NCBI GenBank assembly: GCA_005239725.1
Contig: SBBM01000038.1
Coordinates: 1-59,360, forward strand
Source: Planctomycetales bacterium
Lineage (GTDB): Bacteria > Omnitrophota > Gorgyraeia > Gygaellales > Profunditerraquicolaceae
Direction of reading: 5' to 3'
Length of the DNA: 59,360 nt
Below the pieces are notes generated by a model, which saw only the letters and a program-made list of their open reading frames with translations, did no database searches and was not told where the DNA came from. The position numbers and the translations under genes were made by a program. Position 1 is the stretch's first letter. Each line of letters opens with the position of its first letter. Below, piece by piece: positions 30,027 through 39,302 of the stretch.

Positions 30027-30966
30027 TCAAAAACTCCTTAAAAGTAATATTGCGTATGCCGGGGATAGGCTGCGCAAATTCAAATGGCTCAAAAACATTG
30101 GTAAACTCAATTTTCCCGTAACGCATGATTTTTTCCATATCTTCAAATTCATATGGAGGGCGCATAAATTTCTTTTTATTTTCCTTAAAACACGGGCTGA
30201 AAACGGATATAGCCTTTTTAAAAAACCTGGCAAAGTGCCGGATACTTCTAAAGGTATATAACGAGGAATATTCCATGCTGCCCATCATCGACATATCCAT
30301 CCCGACAAAATATATCTTTTCAAACCCCATATAAGCTTCAAGAGGTAATAAGGCTATAGCCGCTGAATTTAAATGGTTAAAACTATTCAGGACCAAACAA
30401 CCATCTTCCTCAAGAGGCTGATAATATCTTTCCAATGAAAAATCTCCATCTGAATACTTATCGTCATAATAAAAGAGGTCATTTTTAAATCCATCCAATG
30501 CCTTTTTTGATCTTAAATGTGTGATTACCGCAGTACCGGAAATTTTACTAAACAGGTCGAATGGCGAATTCTTTAATTTTATCTCCGGCTTCCAGCGGTA
30601 CCTTTTATGCGGGCCTCGATGGGGAAGATATACTTCAAAATAATCATTAAAGTTGCTTTTGAAATAGCAGTACTCTTCGGCATATTCCGGCTTTAAAAGC
30701 CCGGTCAAATCGATATCGGCAAGAAATGACTGCAAGATAACATGCTGGAAAGAATTCGTCTGGCATTTCTCCGGGAAAAAGGCCAGATAGAAATCGGGCT
30801 TGAGATTAAAATTTAAGAACCGTGTTGTAAGCGATTTTGCCTCTAAAAATACAGTGTAGCGATCTTTATCTACCATACCTAAATTAAAACCATTCTCCAG
30901 GATGGACGGACCGCCCATAATATTCAAAGCCGCCCTACCTTTATATTTATTTTTCAGACGTATCAT
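30019..30966 (-). CDS. Hypothetical protein, Maf/DUF115-like (candidate nonulosonate transferase)
   Basis: YKGRAALNIMGGPSI and AYMGFEKIYFVGMDM match the DUF115/Maf and GT42-type signature segments. Confidence 0.6.
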   Translation of the reverse strand: MIRLKNKYKGRAALNIMGGPSILENGFNLGMVDKDRYTVFLEAKSLTTRFLNFNLKPDFYLAFFPEKCQTNSFQHVILQSFLADIDLTGLLKPEYAEEYCYFKSNFNDYFEVYLPHRGPHKRYRWKPEIKLKNSPFDLFSKISGTAVITHLRSKKALDGFKNDLFYYDDKYSDGDFSLERYYQPLEEDGCLVLNSFNHLNSAAIALLPLEAYMGFEKIYFVGMDMSMMGSMEYSSLYTFRSIRHFARFFKKAISVFSPCFKENKKKFMRPPYEFEDMEKIMRYGKIEFTNVFEPFEFAQPIPGIRNITFKEFLNE

Positions 30967-30974
30967 AAATTTTT

Positions 30975-32309
30975 CTATCTAAAATAAAGTTCGCACAACA
31001 TGTTCTTTAGATAATTCAAGTCTTTATTCAATCTTTTTATTTTAATAAAATCGCCGTCCGCAACCACATTAAGCATCCCCCGGTAATACCAATTTAAATA
31101 ATGGGCCATACCGTCTGCGTTATCCTCCCGTTCATAGGTAAAGAAATTCTTGCGCACGCGATGTATGCCATCAAAAAACCACTTATCGTATCCTAACCAT
31201 GATGGCAAGAACCCCCAGATTATTTCAAGCGCGGATCCGGAAAAAGGAAGTTCAAGAACATCGTATATCTTAAATTCTTCAATCTTCCCTGAAAATGATT
31301 CGAGAAACTTCCGGCTTAATAAATGCTGACAGGAGCAGCCAAACCACTCAGGGCCATTTTCCAAATGATACCTCACCCCATTTTCTTCTTTAAAACCTAC
31401 CAGCTCCGTTAATCTGCGCTTTTTGGTATTTACAACAATATACGGTATTACGGGAAAAACCGCCTTACGCCCGGAACGCACACTTTCTGCCGAACGGAAT
31501 TGTTCATATTTTTTTACGGCAAAATCAAATATACGCAAATTATTCCGGAATAATCCGGGAGTGAACAAGCCTTTTTCCCTGGCCCTATATGTCATTTCAT
31601 ATATCTTATTTCTAAGGTTAGTTAAAAACCAATATTCTCTCCCCATGTCCGGGGTATGGTTTTGAGTCTCAATTTGAATGTCTGAACTCCATTTTTCATA
31701 GAGGGCGTCAAAATTTTTATCCCTACGAAAAATCCCGAATGTATCTGCAATCATCCTGTCATGGAATATGTCCATTTCTAAACCAGACGCATTTCTGCGG
31801 TTTAAATTCGTAACCAGTTCCCTGGGAAGACGCTGCTTTTCATGCCCGGAAGAAATAAAGTTTACTCCATTATTAACAGAAAAACTAACCGCAGATTCAA
31901 GAACATGCGAAGAAGTAAAAACACTCCCTTCCTGGATAAAAAATACGCGCTCATAATTTTTCCACAAGCCGGTCTTTATAAATTTATACCAGGCCCCGGA
32001 ATCCAACGCATGGTCATTTTCGAATTCAAGATTAACAACATTATGCCCTTTCACCTTACAGACATCATTAACCCGGGCATCCTCATCGCTCAGCTGCGGA
32101 TTGACGCCGCATCTTATCGCTATCCTGCGGTATTCATCATAACTGCGTTTACCTTCGCAAGAACCATTGCCTTTCTGGTAAATAAAAAACAGGTCCATGT
32201 TTCGATAACCTTGTGCCAGAGTAGAAATTAAGGTAGACATTATCAGCCAAGGCTTATGATGCACGCAGAAAACAAGCGCGAGTTTATTTTTCATATTATT
32301 CATAATCAC
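30975..32309 (-). CDS. Hypothetical protein, possible GT-A-like transferase
   Basis: Long coupled ORF. ENDHALDSGAW...YERVFFIQEG weakly recalls RgpF-like motifs. Confidence 0.55.
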   Translation of the reverse strand: MIMNNMKNKLALVFCVHHKPWLIMSTLISTLAQGYRNMDLFFIYQKGNGSCEGKRSYDEYRRIAIRCGVNPQLSDEDARVNDVCKVKGHNVVNLEFENDHALDSGAWYKFIKTGLWKNYERVFFIQEGSVFTSSHVLESAVSFSVNNGVNFISSGHEKQRLPRELVTNLNRRNASGLEMDIFHDRMIADTFGIFRRDKNFDALYEKWSSDIQIETQNHTPDMGREYWFLTNLRNKIYEMTYRAREKGLFTPGLFRNNLRIFDFAVKKYEQFRSAESVRSGRKAVFPVIPYIVVNTKKRRLTELVGFKEENGVRYHLENGPEWFGCSCQHLLSRKFLESFSGKIEEFKIYDVLELPFSGSALEIIWGFLPSWLGYDKWFFDGIHRVRKNFFTYEREDNADGMAHYLNWYYRGMLNVVADGDFIKIKRLNKDLNYLKNMLCELYFR

Positions 32310-33640
32310 AGCAGCAGATCAAAAATTCGCTTACTGGAATTGTAATCATCGAAGCCAATATAGTCTTTTATATACATTGACCGCTTATCCGCACTAATAG
32401 TAAAATCCTTCAAATCCCTCACTGCCAGTTCCGAGATAACTTGCTCGGCCGTCATACATTGGCTCACTCCTGCATAGTTAAAGACCGAGGGTGATTTATC
32501 CGAAAAGAAAAACTTTCCTTTATCGTCGGGAAAAAATGATGCATCGGGAAGAATATTAAGATGGTAAACATTGGAAAATGCTGCGCTCAAAACCGAAAAA
32601 CTATAATAAGATACTACCAGCACCGCCAAAGAAAGCAGCTCTTTCAATACGGGGGGATTATTATGAGTTTCATCGTCAATCACAAAAAGATCGGAATTTT
32701 TTTTAATATATTCGGACACGGGAAATTTTAATCTGGGCTTAATAACCAGAAAGAGGTCATTCTTACGGGCGAAGTGCCTTATCGCTTTAAAAACTTTATT
32801 CTCATTAATTCCTCTCCGCCACCAGCTAAATGCTGCGGGATCCCTTAAAATATGATAAAGATCCTTGGCATCCAGCAGTCTCTTCTTGAAAAAGGAGTTT
32901 TTCTTACCATGATCCAAGAACCCTTCCTTGGTCGCGAACGTATTTATACCCAAACCGGCAAAAGCCTTTTCCCAGGCCGATTGGGGATTCCAATTTTGAT
33001 AAGGAAAAGGCAAGTATAACAAAATTTTCTTACCCGCAGGAATTCCGTATTTTCGCCGGATCGATTCCGGCTCCCCTAAATCTTTAAAAGAATCAAACTC
33101 CGGCTGCCCGACCACTTTTATCGTAAGATTATCGAATGCATCCCGGTTTCCCTGTCTGGAAAATCTGCCAAGAAAATCTCTCCCCATGTTCACCCATTTA
33201 TCCGTAAAGACAGCAAAGATGACTTTGGAAAGGCGATACGGCTTTTCACTGTTGGCAAACTCAAAAAAATCATCTACCGCGTGCTGAAGTGCAATCCATT
33301 GGAAATTAAATTCGCAAACCGTTTCTCCTTTCCAATACATAAAAGGCTGATGCAGAGAAAACACGACATCGCCCTTATCAAGCCCTTTCAATGCAACCTG
33401 TAGCTCTGCGTTATCGAAAAACATCTTATCACTTTTAAAAATCCTTGTTTTGACTATATTGCCGGAGAATTTAGGCACATATTCAATATACGGAAAAACG
33501 CGCCCCTTTGAAGACTTTTTAGGATGAGCATAATCATGCCAGGACTCAACGTCATACCCTCTCAAAAAAGCCTCTTTTATTAAAGGCGTATAATAACGGT
33601 AGTACATTATTTTATGAACAAGAAAAATTGCACGTTTCAT
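32306..33640 (-). CDS. Hypothetical protein, possible GT-B (TagF/sialyltransferase-like) transferase
   Basis: VVGQPEFD, KILLYLP, LVIKPR and VVSYYSFSV resemble TagF-like C-terminal motifs. Confidence 0.55.
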   Translation of the reverse strand: MKRAIFLVHKIMYYRYYTPLIKEAFLRGYDVESWHDYAHPKKSSKGRVFPYIEYVPKFSGNIVKTRIFKSDKMFFDNAELQVALKGLDKGDVVFSLHQPFMYWKGETVCEFNFQWIALQHAVDDFFEFANSEKPYRLSKVIFAVFTDKWVNMGRDFLGRFSRQGNRDAFDNLTIKVVGQPEFDSFKDLGEPESIRRKYGIPAGKKILLYLPFPYQNWNPQSAWEKAFAGLGINTFATKEGFLDHGKKNSFFKKRLLDAKDLYHILRDPAAFSWWRRGINENKVFKAIRHFARKNDLFLVIKPRLKFPVSEYIKKNSDLFVIDDETHNNPPVLKELLSLAVLVVSYYSFSVLSAAFSNVYHLNILPDASFFPDDKGKFFFSDKSPSVFNYAGVSQCMTAEQVISELAVRDLKDFTISADKRSMYIKDYIGFDDYNSSKRIFDLLL

Positions 33641-34668
33641 TCCTTTATGTATTCTAAGCGAATAGGCATGGCTTTTTTAATATCGCAGGCGGCCTTACGC
33701 CCCAATAACCCTTTTAAATATTTCGGGGGCAATCCATGAACCGGACGTATAGAACGAATATTTTCAAGCGTTAACCTCTCGCCTTTTCTGATATCTCTCG
33801 CGCAAAAAAGCGACCGCCGAAAGATTTTATTTTGCCTTTCCCTGCGGCTTAATTTAAAGGTTGCCTCGCCCAGAGAATCCTCAGCAATGCGCACATTCTC
33901 AACAAGCGCCATTAATTCTTGCGGCTCAAGCGAAAAAAAACTGTCCGGGGTCTTAATTTTCCGGGAAAGGGTAAAATGTTTTTCGATTATCCGCGCCCCC
34001 TGGGCAACGGCCGCAACTGCGGCGGCAATGCCCAGGGTATGGTCCGATAATCCTACCGGAAGTTTGAATAATTTTGCCATATACGGTATTGCCCGTAAAT
34101 TCATCGCTTTTGGCTCTGCCGGGTAATCACTCACGCACTTTAACAGCATTATATCTTTTCCCCCGGCTCTTTTTGCTGCGCTTACCGCTTCTCTTATCTC
34201 GTTAAGGCTGGCCATCCCGGTTGAAAGTATTAAGGGTTTATGCGTCTTTGCCGCGTATTCGATCAAGGGTATATCCACCAATTCGAAGGAAGCGATCTTA
34301 TGCAGGGGCACTTCCAGGTCTTCCAGAAAATCCACGGAGGTCCTATCGAAAGCAGTCGAAAAAAATACAATTCCCTGGGAATCCGCGGTTTTTTTCAGCT
34401 TTTTAAACCAGTCCCAGGGCGTATAGGCCTTCTCGTATAATTGATATAAGGTTTGGCTTCCCCATTTGCCGTGCTTTATCCGGAAATATTTATTATCCGC
34501 ATCAAGAGTCAAAGTGTCCGGGGTATAAGTCTGGAATTTTACCGCGTCAACCCCGCATTTTGCGGCCTCCCTGATCATCTGTATCGCGCGTTTTAAACTC
34601 TGCCCGTGGTTAGCCGATATTTCCGCGATGACAAATACCTTATTCCCTAATTTAAATTTGCTCGCCAT
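33637..34668 (-). CDS. pseI: Pseudaminic acid synthase
   Basis: IAEISANH, KFQTYTPDT, AYTPWDW, PDSFFSLEP and a C-terminal SAF domain (RRSL...IRP). Confidence 0.9.
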   Translation of the reverse strand: MASKFKLGNKVFVIAEISANHGQSLKRAIQMIREAAKCGVDAVKFQTYTPDTLTLDADNKYFRIKHGKWGSQTLYQLYEKAYTPWDWFKKLKKTADSQGIVFFSTAFDRTSVDFLEDLEVPLHKIASFELVDIPLIEYAAKTHKPLILSTGMASLNEIREAVSAAKRAGGKDIMLLKCVSDYPAEPKAMNLRAIPYMAKLFKLPVGLSDHTLGIAAAVAAVAQGARIIEKHFTLSRKIKTPDSFFSLEPQELMALVENVRIAEDSLGEATFKLSRRERQNKIFRRSLFCARDIRKGERLTLENIRSIRPVHGLPPKYLKGLLGRKAACDIKKAMPIRLEYIKE

Positions 34669-34673
34669 AAGTT

Positions 34674-36089
34674 TTAGCTAAATTTATAGACGTATGATAA
34701 ATAACCATCAACATTATTATTCGTGCCGGCAACATAGCCGGCTTTTGCGAAAGCCTCTTGCGAAACAAAATTATCCCTTTCTATGTTGGCAATGATTTCC
34801 GGAAATTTATTTTTTTTCTCTTCGATGAACTTAGTGGTACCCGAGCGGATTAATTTAGCACCGAGGCCCCTGCCGAAGAAATCCGGATTAAGATTGACAT
34901 TAACTATAACCCTGGATTTACCCTCATCGAATCTGATGACCCCCACTTTATTCTTTCCTTGCTTGGCAATATACATTTTTATGCGAGGGCTATTACTGAC
35001 CCTGGCGAACCATTCCTTGTGTGCCTTAAGGCCTATTTTCGTTTTATTGAAACACCGCCTTCTTACCTCGGGGTGGTTGCGCCATTTCCAAATGTCAAGC
35101 ACGTCTTTTCCGGTAGGCTTCTCAAGAATCAGCCTGTTCTTCGCTTCTTTTAAAAGAAACATTGCAATCCTTGCCGCACCTTTACCGTCTATTGTGCGCT
35201 GCCCGACTATACTCCTTCTATTACGCTGCCGGTAATCGCATAAAGATGCAATGGCGCGGCTTAACCTTACGAATAAATCCTTCTGGCTAAACCATCCAAC
35301 GTATTCAATAAAACCATTCTTCTGCCAGCACTTCAAGTTATATAATTGATTATCCGCAAAACAAATTCCTATGGTCGGAACACCGGTCCTGGCCAACTCA
35401 TAGGTAGTCTGGCCTCCGGAAGAAACGCATAAATCTGCCTGCAACATAAGCCGCCTCATCTTTTCCGCCTTTAAGGGTTTTACCTTTTGACTAACAGTCG
35501 TAAGATTAAAATCATAATCTGACAGGAAACCCGTAATCTTTCTTATGAACTTCTCCCGGTTCATCCCGCCGAAAGTAATCAAAATATTGCTGATTTTTTT
35601 GTTTATTCTTTTTCTTCGAAACCGCAGAAACTCTTTCCGCAAGATTACGTATTCAGCACCGATAAGATATTTTATTCCCTTGTTCTTTTTATATCCCGGG
35701 CCGGTTTTATCGCAAACCGAAGGGTTAATAATAACATCGGCGGGGTAATCCAGCCGGTTGTAGTCATCAATAACAGCGACCAAAGGCCTATTTGCCAAAG
35801 AAGCGATTTTTTTGTAAAACGACTCCGGAACTAAATAAGAATCAACAATCACAATAGAGCTGCCCTTAATCAATTCCATAACTTTGCCGTTTTTTTTCAC
35901 CCAATCCATGGCCGTGAAATCTGCATTATTGCATTTCAGGAAACTTTTGGCATGTCTATCGGCGTTTATAACAAATTTCAGCTCGGAATGAGGCTCCTCC
36001 CTCCGCAATGCATAGGCCAAAGCCAGGCACCTGGACAGATGCCCGAATCCTCTATTCCTGCCTCCTTCGGTCAAAATTAAAATCTTCAT
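34674..36089 (-). CDS. PseG-like UDP-sugar hydrolase fused to a PseH-like GNAT acetyltransferase
   Basis: N-terminal GFGHLSRCLALA, VDSY, IDD, GGQTTYEL and ADNQ; C-terminal WKWRNHPEVR, HKEWF and FGRGLG. Confidence 0.82.
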   Translation of the reverse strand: MKILILTEGGRNRGFGHLSRCLALAYALRREEPHSELKFVINADRHAKSFLKCNNADFTAMDWVKKNGKVMELIKGSSIVIVDSYLVPESFYKKIASLANRPLVAVIDDYNRLDYPADVIINPSVCDKTGPGYKKNKGIKYLIGAEYVILRKEFLRFRRKRINKKISNILITFGGMNREKFIRKITGFLSDYDFNLTTVSQKVKPLKAEKMRRLMLQADLCVSSGGQTTYELARTGVPTIGICFADNQLYNLKCWQKNGFIEYVGWFSQKDLFVRLSRAIASLCDYRQRNRRSIVGQRTIDGKGAARIAMFLLKEAKNRLILEKPTGKDVLDIWKWRNHPEVRRRCFNKTKIGLKAHKEWFARVSNSPRIKMYIAKQGKNKVGVIRFDEGKSRVIVNVNLNPDFFGRGLGAKLIRSGTTKFIEEKKNKFPEIIANIERDNFVSQEAFAKAGYVAGTNNNVDGYLSYVYKFS

Positions 36090-36091
36090 CT

Positions 36092-36844
36092 CTACAGCCT
36101 TACGGGTATGTCGTCTTTATGCATCTCTTCTTTGCATAGTTGAGGCGTAATACTGGTAAAATGAAATATGCTTGCTGCCGCAACTGCCGAAGCTCCGGCC
36201 TTTATTGCCTTACTGCAATCCGCAGGGCTGGCGGCGCCTCCGGCAACAATGAGCGGAATACTCATAAGCGAGGAAACATAATTGATCAATCCCAGGTCAT
36301 AGCCGGACATAAGGCCATCTAGGTCCGCGTTATTAAGCAGTATCTCGCCCACTCCGGAATCTATCAAAAATTTCAAAGCATCCTCCAGGGAGAAATTTAT
36401 CGTCCTCCCTGAATGCGAATAAAGCTCATATTTTTGGACCTGGCCCTTTTTGACATCAATTGAAGCTACGATACATTGACTGCCGAATACCGAAACTGCT
36501 TCTTTGGCAAATGCCGGTTTTTCAAAAAGTACGGAATTTAAAGATACTTTATCTGCACCTGCCTCAAGGGCCCTGGCAATATCCGCACAGGTCTTTATCC
36601 CCCCTCCTACCGTCAGCGGCATAAAACACTCAGAGGCTACGGCGTTAACTGTATGCAGGTCAATCCCCCGGTTCTCTTTGGATGCATCTATATCAAGCAA
36701 GATTAATTCATCAACATTACGCGAATTATAGACCCTGGCTACTACGATGGGATTCCCTAAATTCCGGCGCACGTCAAATTTGATTGTTTTAAGTACGGAA
36801 TACCCATCCAAAAGGACTATCGGTATGACCCGGTGGCGTAACAT
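36092..36844 (-). CDS. HisF-like cyclase of the glycan amidotransferase trio (WbuZ-like)
   Basis: VDELILLDI, ECFMPLTVGGG and AASIFHF motifs; lies in a glycan cluster. Confidence 0.87.
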   Translation of the reverse strand: MLRHRVIPIVLLDGYSVLKTIKFDVRRNLGNPIVVARVYNSRNVDELILLDIDASKENRGIDLHTVNAVASECFMPLTVGGGIKTCADIARALEAGADKVSLNSVLFEKPAFAKEAVSVFGSQCIVASIDVKKGQVQKYELYSHSGRTINFSLEDALKFLIDSGVGEILLNNADLDGLMSGYDLGLINYVSSLMSIPLIVAGGAASPADCSKAIKAGASAVAAASIFHFTSITPQLCKEEMHKDDIPVRL

Positions 36845-37455
36845 TAAAATCTGCCCTCACAAAAATTTTTGAGCAATTTCAAACCCGGTTCCTGACTCTT
36901 TTCGGGATGAAACTGCACGCCCAATATATGGCCCTTTTGTACGGCCGCCAGGAAATCTACCCCGTAGTTGCTAAAAGCGGACGTAACCGGTTCATCGGTT
37001 ATCATTTCATAGCTATGCACAAAATAAAAACAGGAGTTATCGTTAATGGAACTAAACACCTTAAAGTCCCCAAAACGCACATCATTCCAACCTATATGGG
37101 GAAGGCGCAGGCCGTGTTGAGAAGCCCGGTGGCGCAAAACTCTTCCCTTAATAAAGCCCAGACCTTCTGTGCCGCCGCCCTCCTCTCCAAAACCGGCAAA
37201 AAGCTGCATGCCGAGGCATATCCCCAGGATGGGAACCTTATCCCCCAGGACCTTATCCTTCAGGAGCTTATCCAGACCTAACGCCTTCAAGCGCGCTGCC
37301 ACTTCAAAGAAATTTCCCACCCCGGGGAAAATCAATTTTTCCGATTTGCTGACATCCCCGGGATTATCGGATACTGCATGGGGTATCTTTAAATACTTCA
37401 ATGCCCGGCTTACGCTGGCGATATTGCCTGTCCCCAAATTAATAACCGTAATCAA
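36844..37455 (-). CDS. HisH-like glutaminase subunit (WbuY-like)
   Basis: PGVG, GICLGMQ, PHIGWN, YFVHSY and QFHPEKS motifs; TTG start. Confidence 0.9.
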   Translation of the reverse strand: MITVINLGTGNIASVSRALKYLKIPHAVSDNPGDVSKSEKLIFPGVGNFFEVAARLKALGLDKLLKDKVLGDKVPILGICLGMQLFAGFGEEGGGTEGLGFIKGRVLRHRASQHGLRLPHIGWNDVRFGDFKVFSSINDNSCFYFVHSYEMITDEPVTSAFSNYGVDFLAAVQKGHILGVQFHPEKSQEPGLKLLKNFCEGRF

Positions 37456-38578
37456 TTTTTGTCACATCTCCGTTCTTATCTTTAACCAGTTTTCCGTCTT
37501 TGTCGACAAGAAAAATCTTCTTATTCGTAAACCGGTCCAAAGTCTTAAAGAATTCTTCTTTACTACAGCCTATAAATTTTAGGAAATCCGGGATGTATTT
37601 CCAGGGAATTTTACCCTCATACTCCCGGACCAGCTTTATAGCTTTATCGCGCGTAATCCTGCCGTTTCTTATCTCAATGCAAAGCTGGTCGGTAGCCCTT
37701 CCGTAACCGTATTTTAAAAATTTCATATAATCATGCAACCCGGCCACCCACTTGCAATCCAAGTTTTCAAAATTATAGTACGCACCTTCTACCGGGCCGT
37801 CCGGATTAGGATTCCAGCCCATCTTAATCATCTTATCGCCGTGTTCGTAGGCATCCCATTTAAGATAATAGCCGAGGAACAATCCGGTGACTCCCACATC
37901 TTTCAACTCTTTATCGGAAGGATACTCAAAGGCAAGCAGGTCTTTTTTATCAAAACCTTCGTGGTATAAATCGGATATCCGGTATCCGTACATCTGGAAT
38001 TGCTCCAGCCAGTTCCGGTCCAAATAGTTATTACCCCTTTTAGAGGCCGGACCGCCGTATTCAAGCTGGGAATTTTCGCCCCAGATAAGAAGGGGAATTT
38101 TATATTGCACGGAAACCCTGGGAGGCGCGGTAAATATGCCGATATGCTCTGGCCAGCAGGAATCTCCCAGGTCAAAAAAACCCTTTCTGACCATCTGCCG
38201 GTAAATCTTGCGGTTAGCGCCCACCTGCACAATATCAAAACCCAGGTCGCGCAGGAAAAGAATATTCTTCAGCCCCACTTCGGTCATTTCGCAGGGAATA
38301 AAATTAACGCAGAGAGGATTCATCCCGAATTCATACTTCATTGTGTATGCCTGGTAACAACTGTCTTTACCTCCACTGACCGGGATAATACAATCCCACC
38401 AACTCCCATCTTTATTGCGGTAGCGTTCCAGAATCTCTTCAAATTCTTTGCGCCTCGCCTTCCAGTCTATCTCCGTATGTTTCCTCTCCGCAGAACGGCA
38501 GGCATCACATACCCCTTCGCTATCGAATACCTGCTCCGGGCGCGTATCAGGCATAATGCATTTCTGGCAATACTTCAT
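37439..38578 (-). CDS. N-acetyl sugar amidotransferase (WbuX/PseA-like)
   Basis: CQKCIMPDTRP, PP-loop VSGGKDS, WGEN and KYGYGRATD motifs. Confidence 0.9.
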   Translation of the reverse strand: MKYCQKCIMPDTRPEQVFDSEGVCDACRSAERKHTEIDWKARRKEFEEILERYRNKDGSWWDCIIPVSGGKDSCYQAYTMKYEFGMNPLCVNFIPCEMTEVGLKNILFLRDLGFDIVQVGANRKIYRQMVRKGFFDLGDSCWPEHIGIFTAPPRVSVQYKIPLLIWGENSQLEYGGPASKRGNNYLDRNWLEQFQMYGYRISDLYHEGFDKKDLLAFEYPSDKELKDVGVTGLFLGYYLKWDAYEHGDKMIKMGWNPNPDGPVEGAYYNFENLDCKWVAGLHDYMKFLKYGYGRATDQLCIEIRNGRITRDKAIKLVREYEGKIPWKYIPDFLKFIGCSKEEFFKTLDRFTNKKIFLVDKDGKLVKDKNGDVTKIDYGY

Positions 38579-38596
38579 TGCTTAAGTCTCCATTTC

Positions 38597-39295
38597 TTAT
38601 TTTTTAAAATAGAATTTTACCAGCCTAAAACTCTCTTTATCGTCAACTTCAATGGTATACTCTCTCTCCTGGATTATCCCGGCGATTTTCTTGCCCATAA
38701 AAACATGGGCTCCGGTTTTGCCTTTTGTATTCATAAGCACTGCTGTGCGTATCGCTACAATTGCCCCGTCCAGAAGATACATCGGCTCTACATCCTGCCG
38801 GCGGTATTTAACAGCGCCCTTAAACAGCGGAAGAAGAAACCCTTTTTTATCCCTGCGTTTCATCCACTGCGGTAATTGGGTAACCGGGTATACGGTCACT
38901 GCGCTATCAGCCTTACTGCTTATTAATTTCCGCACAACGTTATCAACCTGCCTTTTTTTGCGGATGGGGATATTTGCCTGTAACCACACAATGATATCGG
39001 CAAAATAACCTTCGGTATTTTTCAGGTATTCCACCGCATGCCTTAACGCCAGCTCTATCGGCGCGGAATCCGTGGCATACTCCGCCGGCCTCTTTATAAC
39101 CTGGACAGAGTATCTTTGCGCCGCGCTAGCTATTTTTTCATCATCAGTTGAAACTACAATTTTATTTACCAGCTTCGACTCCTGCGCCGCCCTAATCGCA
39201 TAATAAATAAGCGGCTTGCCGAAAAGCGGCAGAATATTCTTGTTTTTTAAACCCTTACTTCCTCCCCTTGCCGGTATGATACAGAGTGCCTTCAT
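38597..39295 (-). CDS. Acylneuraminate cytidylyltransferase (PseF/NeuA family)
   Basis: IIPARGGSKGLKNKN, VSTDD and RRQD motifs. Start at the Met at 39295. Confidence 0.9.
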   Translation of the reverse strand: MKALCIIPARGGSKGLKNKNILPLFGKPLIYYAIRAAQESKLVNKIVVSTDDEKIASAAQRYSVQVIKRPAEYATDSAPIELALRHAVEYLKNTEGYFADIIVWLQANIPIRKKRQVDNVVRKLISSKADSAVTVYPVTQLPQWMKRRDKKGFLLPLFKGAVKYRRQDVEPMYLLDGAIVAIRTAVLMNTKGKTGAHVFMGKKIAGIIQEREYTIEVDDKESFRLVKFYFKK

Positions 39296-39302
39296 ATTTT
39301 TA

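Noticed and set aside
37427-37436. CCTGTCCCCA in the hisH-like gene as a repeat copy
   Set aside because: It encodes the conserved LGTGN motif and has no partner arm, so it is probably coincidental.
36092-37455. hisF/hisH as histidine biosynthesis genes
   Set aside because: They are coupled to an N-acetyl sugar amidotransferase inside the pse cluster, with no other his genes. This fits glycan-modification paralogues.
38000-38875. 291-aa plus-strand ORF, and other long plus-strand ORFs such as 41954-42790, 7088-7705 and 53579-54190
   Set aside because: They are antisense shadows of well-supported minus-strand genes and show no recognisable motifs.
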